From assembly GCA_965279375.1 (NCBI GenBank), contig OZ257156.1, positions 5,120,001-5,184,000 on the forward strand: 64,000 nucleotides of DNA, in the 5' to 3' direction. This document shows positions 56,381-64,000 of this stretch, piece after piece. Origin of the DNA: Gemmatimonas sp. (GTDB taxonomy: Bacteria > Gemmatimonadota > Gemmatimonadetes > Gemmatimonadales > Gemmatimonadaceae). The position numbers and the translations under genes were made by a program. A model generated the notes under the pieces. The model was given only the letters and a program-made list of their open reading frames with translations, made no database searches and was not told where the DNA came from. Each line of letters starts with the position of its first letter. The first letter of the stretch is position 1.

Positions 56381-58261
56381 ATGAATCCCCCACACGGCCA
56401 GCCCTTCGTTGAGCTGCAGCGCGCGGTCGCTGGTCGTTTCTCGCTCGAGCGCGAGCTCGGGCGAGGTGGGATGGGTATCGTCTATCTCGCACACGACGTG
56501 CAGCTCGAACGCCCGGTGGCGATCAAGCTCCTCGCGCCGGCGCTGGCCGCGAATCGTGACATGCGACGCCGTTTCCTGCGCGAAGCACGCATCGCGGCCC
56601 AGTGTTTTCATCCGCACATCGTGCCCATTCACGCGGTCGAAGAAGTGGGCGATCTCGCCTTCTTCGTCATGGCGTACGTGCAAGGCGAGACACTCGCCGA
56701 ACGGTTGCATCGCACCGGACCGCTGCGACATGAGCTCATTCAGCGCGTCGGACGCGATGTCGGCTGGGCGCTCGCCTACGCGCACGAACGCGGCGTGGTT
56801 CACCGCGACGTCAAACCGGAGAACATTCTCCTCGAAGACGGCACCGAACGCGCTCTGATCATGGATTTCGGCATTGCCGTACGCGACGATATCGAAATCA
56901 CGCCGCGCCCAAGCGAAGTCTCGGGCACTCCTCGCTTCATGGCCCCGGAACAGGCGCTCGGCGAACCGCTCGATGGACGCGCCGATCTCTATGCATTAGG
57001 CGTCACGCTCCATCTCGCCGCCACTGGGCGATTGCCTTTCGATGGACGCAGCGCGCTGCAGCAACTCATCGCGGGCGCGCCTGCGCCATCGCGGACGGTG
57101 CGCGCGACTGCACCCGCGCTGCCAGTGTCGCTGGCCGATGCGATCGACAAGTGCCTGTCACGCCGCGCCGAGGATCGTTTTGAGAGCGCAGCCGCATTCG
57201 TGCAGGCCATTTCGGACGCCGGAAACGCGCCTCCGATTCCACCGATGCTCCGTCCCGCCGCGTCGAGTGCGAGCGGTGCCCGCGCCTTCGTGTACTGGGC
57301 GCTGGTGTGCATGACGACCACAGTGCTACTCGCAACTGGCGAAACGCACGGATCGCTCGGCATGGCCATACTCTGGGATTTCAATCTCGCCTTCTGCGGC
57401 GTGCTGGTCTTCGCAGGCGCGCTACTCGGAGGCGAGGCGTTGCTGCGTGCGCGACGGGCAATCAGCGCCGGCGCGAGTCCGCACGATGTCGTGCGCAGTC
57501 TGGGCGGTGCGTTGCACACCGATCCATCGCCGCCGCGCACGGTGCGCCACCTCGGAGGACTGCTGGCAGGGGCAGGATTCGCGCTGCTCCAAGGAAAGCT
57601 CTCCCGGCTGCACGGCATGCCGGAGTTGGCCGAGAGTTTGTTGCAGACCGCGCTGGTGGTCGCGCCGCCGCTGCTGATCGGCCGCAGCGTTCAGGGTCTC
57701 TGGCGCGGCAGCCGCGCGGAGCGTTGGATCAACGCGCACGTTACGACACCGCTACTCACGAAAGTCACGCGCTGGATCGGCCGCGGCGTGGTACACCGCG
57801 CGGACACGCGCGCGTTGCCGGCGACCGCGCCAACGGAAGTGCGCCTCGGCAACGCCGCCGATGAGATCCTCGCCCGCTTGTCTCCTGCGTTGCAGCGCGA
57901 ACTGCGCGCGATCCCCGACGCGGCATCGGCACTCGTCCGCGAAGCGGAAGCGCTGCGTCAACGCGACGCCGCTCTCGCCGTGGAAGGACGCAGCCTTCGC
58001 AGCAGCGCAGCCAGCGATGCGATCACCCGATTGGCGAGCGTGGACGCGCAACGCAGTCAGGTGCAGGCACGGCTGGCCACCACGGTGGCCGCACTCGAGA
58101 CCATCCGGCTGGACCTGCTTCGCTTGGAGAACGGCGACGGCACGACGGGCGACCTGACCGAGCATCTGGAAGTCGCGAAAGACTTGCAGCGGCGCGTCGA
58201 TGCGGTCGCCGAAGTGCGCGCCATGCTGCGCGCGCGTGCGCCGGAGCTCACGCCGGTCTGA
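56381..58261 (+). CDS. Hanks-type Ser/Thr protein kinase with membrane region and helical C-terminus
   Basis: LGRGGMG.V, VAIK, HRDVKPEN, DFG, GTPRFMAPE, DLYALG. GGAGG RBS-like sequence upstream. Confidence 0.92.
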   Translation: MNPPHGQPFVELQRAVAGRFSLERELGRGGMGIVYLAHDVQLERPVAIKLLAPALAANRDMRRRFLREARIAAQCFHPHIVPIHAVEEVGDLAFFVMAYVQGETLAERLHRTGPLRHELIQRVGRDVGWALAYAHERGVVHRDVKPENILLEDGTERALIMDFGIAVRDDIEITPRPSEVSGTPRFMAPEQALGEPLDGRADLYALGVTLHLAATGRLPFDGRSALQQLIAGAPAPSRTVRATAPALPVSLADAIDKCLSRRAEDRFESAAAFVQAISDAGNAPPIPPMLRPAASSASGARAFVYWALVCMTTTVLLATGETHGSLGMAILWDFNLAFCGVLVFAGALLGGEALLRARRAISAGASPHDVVRSLGGALHTDPSPPRTVRHLGGLLAGAGFALLQGKLSRLHGMPELAESLLQTALVVAPPLLIGRSVQGLWRGSRAERWINAHVTTPLLTKVTRWIGRGVVHRADTRALPATAPTEVRLGNAADEILARLSPALQRELRAIPDAASALVREAEALRQRDAALAVEGRSLRSSAASDAITRLASVDAQRSQVQARLATTVAALETIRLDLLRLENGDGTTGDLTEHLEVAKDLQRRVDAVAEVRAMLRARAPELTPV

Positions 58262-58345
58262 GAGGGAGACGGCGCATGGCGCAGTGCTCTCCCTGCCGCT
58301 CGCGAGCGACCGGTCGCGCCGCGCGCCGATGTGTCACGCGCGACG

Positions 58346-59401
58346 TTACGGCTCGCGCCGATAGTACAGATCGAGCAGTTCGTCGTCGCCCGGTACGCGG
58401 AAGCGCACCCGGACGCCCCGTGCATCGGTACGCGCGGTGTGCGACAGAGGACTGATGTATTCTGACGTGAACAGCAGGTCGTCCGCTCTGGTGCTCACCA
58501 GTCCGCGATCGTACTCGCCCATGCGCGCGCGCACCTGCATGTCACGCCGGCCTCCGATGTCGCGCACGGCGTACTCCACGGCGCGTACGGTGATTTGATA
58601 TCGGGGCACAATGCCCTGACTCAGCGTGAGCGTGCCGTCTTCCATCCAGACTTCGTGGTACTCGCGCTGGCCATCCCAGCTCACAGTGTCTGCGTGTAGA
58701 AGCTTGGGCAGACGCACCCCGCCAAGGTGTGTGAGCGTGAAGACTTCCGCGTCCGGTGAGGGCGGCGCCTCTCCGACCACTTCCACTCGTAGCGACCCGG
58801 AGACGCCCTCCGTCGTCGCGCGCACGAACGTCATGCCCGCCCGCTTCGCGATCACGCGACCTGCCGCGTCGATCGACGCGATCGTGTTGTCATCGCTCGA
58901 GAGCTGCACTGCTCGGCCGAGTAGGTCACGGCCACCCTCCCCCTGCACGCGAACACCGAGCGGCGTCTGCGCACCGACAACCAGCTTGAGTAGTGGCATG
59001 CCTGGATTCACCGTCACGGTGCGAACCGCGGAGCGATACACGGTTAGGGTACGCGTGGCGGATTGCAGTCCATTCCGCACCGTCACGTTCAACGTGCCGG
59101 CGCGATACACCGTGAGCGTACCACCGGCGGTGATGTCGCCGCGCGTCGTATCGCTCACCGACCAGACGAAGGCGCCACCGGGAATCGAGCCGCCGGCGGA
59201 GTCGCGCTGTACCGCTGCGAGGGTAACGACGTCACCTTCGTAGATCGTTGAGTCGGGCACAATCAATTCGAGGCGCGCTGGCCGCGGCGCGGGCGCCGTC
59301 GCGCTGTCGCTGCCGCACGCAGTGGCGAGCAGAAGCAGCGCGGTGATGGCTGCGGTGGCAATGTGCTCCAAGGACACGAAAGGTCTTGCATAAGCGTTCA
59401 T
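58346..59401 (-). CDS. Lipoprotein with Ig-like (Big_2-type) domains
   Basis: Lipobox LATAC. WSVSD and SSDDNTIASIDAAG.V.A...G Ig-like patterns. Confidence 0.75.
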   Translation of the reverse strand: MNAYARPFVSLEHIATAAITALLLLATACGSDSATAPAPRPARLELIVPDSTIYEGDVVTLAAVQRDSAGGSIPGGAFVWSVSDTTRGDITAGGTLTVYRAGTLNVTVRNGLQSATRTLTVYRSAVRTVTVNPGMPLLKLVVGAQTPLGVRVQGEGGRDLLGRAVQLSSDDNTIASIDAAGRVIAKRAGMTFVRATTEGVSGSLRVEVVGEAPPSPDAEVFTLTHLGGVRLPKLLHADTVSWDGQREYHEVWMEDGTLTLSQGIVPRYQITVRAVEYAVRDIGGRRDMQVRARMGEYDRGLVSTRADDLLFTSEYISPLSHTARTDARGVRVRFRVPGDDELLDLYYRREP

Positions 59402-59512
59402 AGGGTCTCCATTCCTGATATTTCCGTCCGTCGTTCGTACGCACTACTCCACGTCGATGATTCGTGTCACTGTGTGCTCGCGAAAAGCGCTGCACGCGTG
59501 TGAGATTGAGAG

Positions 59513-60286
59513 ATGGCCAACGACTTGTCCGCTGCCGATGGCGTTCGACCCTTTCTGACCGCCTCGTGGCACGACCTGGTGATCGTCAGCTGGTCAATTG
59601 ACCCGGGCATGCTTCGCCCGTTTCTCGCACCGGGCACGACGCTCGATCTCTGGAAGGGTGATGCGATCGTCAGCCTCGTCGCATTCGACTTTCGCGACAC
59701 GCGCGTCCTTGGGTTCCGCATCCCCTTTCACGTCCGATTCCCCGAAGTGAACCTGCGCTTCTACGTGAAGCGCACGATGCCCGACGGTGAAGTCCGTCGC
59801 GGTGTGACGTTCGTGCAAGAGATGGTGCCGCGTCCGGCGATCGCGTGGGTGGCGCGCACCTTCTATGGCGAGCCGTATATCGCGCGCCCCATGCGCCAGG
59901 CCGCTGTCCCGGAAGCACCGCTCACCAACCCCGACTCCACGGCCACACGCTCACTCGTGTACGAATGGAAGCGCCAGGGCGAGTGGGAGCGCGTGATCGC
60001 GCTCATGGATGGTCCACCACGGCCAATGCGGCGCAACTCGACGGAAGAGTTCATCGCCGAGCACTACTGGGGATACACGCGACGCAGCCACAAGCCAACG
60101 CTCGAATACCGCGTGCAGCATCCGCGCTGGAACATCAGCTTGGCCGCCGACTGTCTGATCGAAGCCGACCTCGAATCACTCTATGGCGGTGGATTCGCCA
60201 AAGCGCTCGATGCGCCTCCGCTCTCGACCTTTGTGGCGGAAGGGTCCCCGGTGGCAGTATATCCCGGGCAGCCGATCGTTCCCTGA
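59513..60286 (+). CDS. DUF2071/YqjF-family protein
   Basis: FLTASW.DL, FPEVNLRFYV, RGV.F, Y.EPY, FIAEHYWGY, V.HP.W, AEGS. Confidence 0.9.
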   Translation: MANDLSAADGVRPFLTASWHDLVIVSWSIDPGMLRPFLAPGTTLDLWKGDAIVSLVAFDFRDTRVLGFRIPFHVRFPEVNLRFYVKRTMPDGEVRRGVTFVQEMVPRPAIAWVARTFYGEPYIARPMRQAAVPEAPLTNPDSTATRSLVYEWKRQGEWERVIALMDGPPRPMRRNSTEEFIAEHYWGYTRRSHKPTLEYRVQHPRWNISLAADCLIEADLESLYGGGFAKALDAPPLSTFVAEGSPVAVYPGQPIVP

Positions 60287-60305
60287 CCGCCGCCGCCCAC
60301 CACCG

Positions 60306-60902
60306 ATGCGCCCTTACCGACATTTTCGCCGTCGCGGCCTGTTCGCGGCCCTCTTCGCCAGCGCCGCACTGGCCGCGTGCGGCGGCAAGGACTTGCCCGC
60401 GGCGGATACGCTCCGCACGACCGGCGCCGCCTCCCCGAGCGCCGACGCGACGACCGGTCTGCGCGTCCGTAGCGCCCCTGGCTCCGACACCGTGCTCATC
60501 GAAGGAGTGTGGTCCGACGCGGCAGAGCGCTCCAACTGGACCGCAGCGGCGATTCGTGGCTTCATCGTTCGCATTGAAGAGCGTGCGCCTGTCGGCGGCG
60601 ACGATTCGTTCACGCGGCACTTTGCCTTCGACTCCACCGGACAGCTTGTACACGCCGACGATGTCCGCTCGCAGATGGTCGCGAACCCCAGTGCATCGCC
60701 AAGCCTGATGCACGTCGAATCCACGATCGCTTTTCGTGCTGGGGAAGTCGTGAGGGCCAACAAGACGGTCGATGGCGTCCCCGAGCCCGTGCAGCAGTGG
60801 GATATCGAGAACGTGCAGCGCCACGCCGCCGCCCTGCTGGCACTCGCGCGCCCCGGAATCCCGTCTGCCGGCGCGCCCGCTGCCGGTACTTCCCGCCCCT
60901 GA
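60306..60902 (+). CDS. Hypothetical lipoprotein
   Basis: MRPYRHFRRRGLFAALFASAALAAC, with a lipobox and an RR-containing n-region. Confidence 0.7.
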   Translation: MRPYRHFRRRGLFAALFASAALAACGGKDLPAADTLRTTGAASPSADATTGLRVRSAPGSDTVLIEGVWSDAAERSNWTAAAIRGFIVRIEERAPVGGDDSFTRHFAFDSTGQLVHADDVRSQMVANPSASPSLMHVESTIAFRAGEVVRANKTVDGVPEPVQQWDIENVQRHAAALLALARPGIPSAGAPAAGTSRP

Positions 60903-60926
60903 GTCCGCACCAGACCCATTCCTCCC

Positions 60927-63365
60927 ATGACCGATTACGAAAAGCTGGGCGCGTTCTACCTCGGCAAGCGCTACGACCTCGACGCAAGAAAGCGCAGCGA
61001 GGAGCTGGTGTTGTACGACGCCAAGGACCTCACCACGCATGCTGTGATCATCGGCATGACGGGCAGCGGCAAGACGGGCCTGGGTGTCGATCTGATCGAA
61101 GAAGCGCTGATCGATCGGATTCCCGTCATCGCGGTGGATCCCAAGGGCGATCTGGGCAATCTCGCGCTCCGCTTTCCCGGTCTGACCCCTGCCGATTTTC
61201 GTCCATGGGTGGACCCCCAACAGGCCGCCAACGCCGGAGCGACTCCAGACGCCTTCGCCGAACAGCAGGCCAAAACCTGGAAGGATGGATTGGCGGGCTG
61301 GCAGCAGGACGGCACGCGCATTCAGCGCTTCGTCGATGCCGCCGACGTGACCATCTACACGCCAGGCAGCACGGCCGGCCGTCCGATCTCGCTGCTGCGG
61401 GCGTTTGTGGCACCGCCAGCCGCCATACGCGATGACAGCGAGGCGCTACGCGAGCGCGTGGACGCGACGGCCACCAGCGTGCTCGCCCTGCTCGGCATCA
61501 ACGCCGACCCGATCTCCAGCCGCGAACACATCCTCCTCGCCAACCTGCTCGCGTCGTCGTGGAGTGAAGGCAAGGATCTCGATCTCGCCGGCCTGATCGG
61601 CGGGATTCAGTCGCCGCCGTTCAGCACCGTTGGCGTCATGCCGCTCGACACGGTATTCCCGCCCAAGGACCGCATGGAGCTGGCGATGAAGCTCAACAAC
61701 CTGCTCGCCGCGCCCGGCTTCCAGAATTGGCTCAAGGGCGAGCCGCTGGACACCGCCAATCTGCTCTACGACGCCAACGGCAAGCCGAAGGGTTCGATCA
61801 TCTCCATCGCGCATCTCGGCGACGCAGAGCGGATGTTCTTCATGACGCTGCTGCTGGCCGACATCCTGGCGTGGGTACGCGCGCAACCCGGCACCGGCTC
61901 GCTACGCGCGATTCTCTACATCGACGAGTTGTTCGGCTACATGCCGCCCGTCGCGAGCCCGCCGTCCAAGGTGCTGCTGCTCACGCTGCTCAAGCAGGCG
62001 CGCGCGTACGGCTTGGGCGTGGTGCTCGCCACGCAGAATCCGGTGGACCTGGACTATCGCGGCCTCTCCAATACGGGCACGTGGTTCATCGGTCGCCTGC
62101 AGACCGAGCGCGACAAGATGCGCGTGATGGAAGGACTCGAAGGCGCGTCGGGCGGACAGCCGTTCGACAAGGATGCGATGGAGAAGACGATCGCCGGACT
62201 CGGAAAGCGCGTCTTCCTGCTCCACAGCGTACATGAGTCCGCGCCGGTCACCTTCGAGACGCGCTGGACGATGTCGTACCTCGCGGGTCCCATGACACGC
62301 GAGCAGATCAAGGCTTTGCAGGCTCAGGCCCCTGCCACCGCTGCCGCTGCGGCGCCCGCCGCGAGTGCCATCGCCTCGACCACCGGCGGCGGCATGTCCG
62401 CGCTCGATGCGTCGGCGTCCACGCGTGCCCCCGTGCTGCCGCCGGACGTCCCGCAGTACTTCATTCCGCCGCTCACCGACGACGGCCCGATCAGCTACAA
62501 CCCCGCGGTGCTCGCCCTCGCCGACGTGTCGTTTGCCAGTGCGAAGCTGGGCGTGACGGAGCAGCGCCGTGTGGTGCTGTTGGGGTCCATGGACGACGGA
62601 CCCATTACCCTCGAGTGGGACGGTGCGGAGCGGGTGGAGATCGATCCCGGCACGCTCGAGCGGTCGCCGCGCGACAACGCGACCTTTGGCAGCGTCCCCA
62701 AGGCGGCCACGAGCGCCAAGAGCTACGCCGCATGGAGCAAAGCCTTCCAGAAATGGGTCGTGACCAACGAACAGGTGGAGCTGCTCAAGAGCAGCGCGCT
62801 CAAGCTCACGTCCAACGCGGGCGAGTCCGAGCGGGATTTCCGCATCCGCCTGCAGGTCGTCTCCCGCGAAGCGCGCGACGCGAAGATCGAGACGCTGCGG
62901 CAGAAGTACGCCACCAAATTGAGCGCGTTGCAGGAGCGCATCCGCCGCGCGGAGCAGTCGGTGCAGCGCGAGCAGGCACAGGCGAGTCAGGCCAAGGTGG
63001 ACACCATGATTTCGGTGGGCAGCGCGATCCTCGGCGCCGTCTTCGGTCGCGGCAAGATCGGCGTGGGCACGCTGGGCAAGGTGGGCACGGCCGCGCGCGG
63101 CGTGGGGCGTGCCACGCAACAGAGCGGCGACGTCACGCGAGCGAATGAGAGTGTGGCCGCGCTGCAGGAGCAGTACGCCGCGCTCGAAGCGCAGCTGCAG
63201 GGCGAGATCGACGACCTGGGCGCGGCATTCGACGCGCAGCAGGAAACCCTGGAGCGCACGCCGATCAAGGCCAAGAGCGGCGACGTGCATGTGCAGCTCG
63301 TCGCGCTGGCGTGGGTGCCCTACGTTCGGGATGGAGCGGGTGTTGTCAGCGCGGCCTGGCGATAG
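60927..63365 (+). CDS. HerA/FtsK-superfamily ATPase (DUF87/DUF853-like)
   Basis: LTTHAVIIGMTGSGKT Walker A, DPKGD, LYIDE Walker B, KQARAYG, LATQNP, C-terminal coiled coil. Confidence 0.85.
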   Translation: MTDYEKLGAFYLGKRYDLDARKRSEELVLYDAKDLTTHAVIIGMTGSGKTGLGVDLIEEALIDRIPVIAVDPKGDLGNLALRFPGLTPADFRPWVDPQQAANAGATPDAFAEQQAKTWKDGLAGWQQDGTRIQRFVDAADVTIYTPGSTAGRPISLLRAFVAPPAAIRDDSEALRERVDATATSVLALLGINADPISSREHILLANLLASSWSEGKDLDLAGLIGGIQSPPFSTVGVMPLDTVFPPKDRMELAMKLNNLLAAPGFQNWLKGEPLDTANLLYDANGKPKGSIISIAHLGDAERMFFMTLLLADILAWVRAQPGTGSLRAILYIDELFGYMPPVASPPSKVLLLTLLKQARAYGLGVVLATQNPVDLDYRGLSNTGTWFIGRLQTERDKMRVMEGLEGASGGQPFDKDAMEKTIAGLGKRVFLLHSVHESAPVTFETRWTMSYLAGPMTREQIKALQAQAPATAAAAAPAASAIASTTGGGMSALDASASTRAPVLPPDVPQYFIPPLTDDGPISYNPAVLALADVSFASAKLGVTEQRRVVLLGSMDDGPITLEWDGAERVEIDPGTLERSPRDNATFGSVPKAATSAKSYAAWSKAFQKWVVTNEQVELLKSSALKLTSNAGESERDFRIRLQVVSREARDAKIETLRQKYATKLSALQERIRRAEQSVQREQAQASQAKVDTMISVGSAILGAVFGRGKIGVGTLGKVGTAARGVGRATQQSGDVTRANESVAALQEQYAALEAQLQGEIDDLGAAFDAQQETLERTPIKAKSGDVHVQLVALAWVPYVRDGAGVVSAAWR

Positions 63366-63384
63366 CCGGGTCGCGCGGGCGAGG

Positions 63385-63507
63385 TCAGGCGGAGAGCGCC
63401 AGCCAGGAGAGGAACATCGCGGTCACGAAGGCGATGGCCGGCTCGACCAGCGACGTGCGATCCTTCGGGAGAGCAACGGCGCGGGCGGGGCGATTGGCAT
63501 TGCGCAT
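63385..63507 (-). CDS. Putative 40-aa single-TM small protein, absent from the ORF track
   Basis: GGAG 6 nt upstream. MRNANRPARAVALPKDRTSLVEPAIAFVTAMFLSWLALSA. Confidence 0.55.
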   Translation of the reverse strand: MRNANRPARAVALPKDRTSLVEPAIAFVTAMFLSWLALSA

Positions 63508-63560
63508 GACAGACTCCGGTTGAAGGCGGACGACGGTGTCAGATACGACGAGACATCGTC

Positions 63561-64000
63561 CTACCGCGTCACGGCGCGCTGGCGCGAACTGTCACGCCGC
63601 GCGAGCTCGGCGGCCTTCGCCTGGCTGTTGAGCGTCCAGTCGAAGGTCGTTTGCCCCGTCATGAAGATGCCGCGCTCCATGCGATCCTTCTGATCGGCGG
63701 GAAACCAGTGCGCGAGAAAGCGCCCCATGTCCGCACGCGTCGCGCCGAAGTCGGCGCGATAGTACGTGAAGATCGGGCTGAGCACGAAGATGCGCGTGCG
63801 CCCTTCCAGCACGATGTGGTTCTTGGCGGAGTCGGAGAGAAAGCGGCGCCCCTGATCTTCCAGCTGCGATTCGAGAATCGCGCCCCGGTACGCCTCGCTG
63901 CGCAGCGGTGGGCTGCCCATCGCCGCGTAGACAAGCGCAAAGTGAATGCGGGGATCGCTGAACTCCTTTCGCAGGATGTGGTGCGCCACGTCGTCGAGCG
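63561..64000 (-). CDS. DUF547-domain protein, 5' end outside window
   Basis: LR.EF.DPRIHFAL, LS.IF.YY..DF, FDWTLN. Confidence 0.85.
   Translation of the reverse strand, partial: LDDVAHHILRKEFSDPRIHFALVYAAMGSPPLRSEAYRGAILESQLEDQGRRFLSDSAKNHIVLEGRTRIFVLSPIFTYYRADFGATRADMGRFLAHWFPADQKDRMERGIFMTGQTTFDWTLNSQAKAAELARRDSSRQRAVTR

Noticed and set aside
1..64000. CRISPR arrays, tRNA/rRNA, IS elements, integrases, prophage
   Set aside because: No spaced repeats, RNA gene signatures or transposase/integrase motifs were seen, and intergenic spaces are short.

Overview
High-GC bacterial chromosomal window of about 50 densely packed genes. Gemmatimonadota is my inference from gene content: a SusC/SusD pair in a high-GC background, a Hanks kinase, several CckA-like hybrid kinases and secreted Gly-rich peptidases. 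I found no tRNA, rRNA, CRISPR array, transposase or prophage. In order, the window holds divergent secreted M24 and S9 peptidases, selO followed by a Ste24/M48-like membrane protein lacking its catalytic motif, a SWIM-SNF2 helicase, gnd-zwf-pgl converging on a giant cyclic beta-1,2-glucan synthase, susC-susD-DUF4397, three hybrid histidine kinases (one heading an Hpt / REC-GGDEF-EAL / HDOD operon with a candidate sigma28 promoter), an arsR / Cys mini-protein / arsM / dinB operon, Lrp-rocF-rocD, VIT1, csp, an Rrf2 gene beside a Ser/Thr kinase, and a HerA-like ATPase. The best leads are three. (1) The ars operon has two ATCAA-N6-TTGAT operators and a small 65-aa CC..CC protein that copies the ArsM N-terminal Cys motif. 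(2) The csp leader has a strong promoter followed by an internal intrinsic terminator, suggesting an sRNA or attenuator. (3) The M48-like pseudo-protease sits behind selO. Two small ORFs absent from the ORF track also have good RBSs. All functional calls come from motif recognition by eye; no searches were run.
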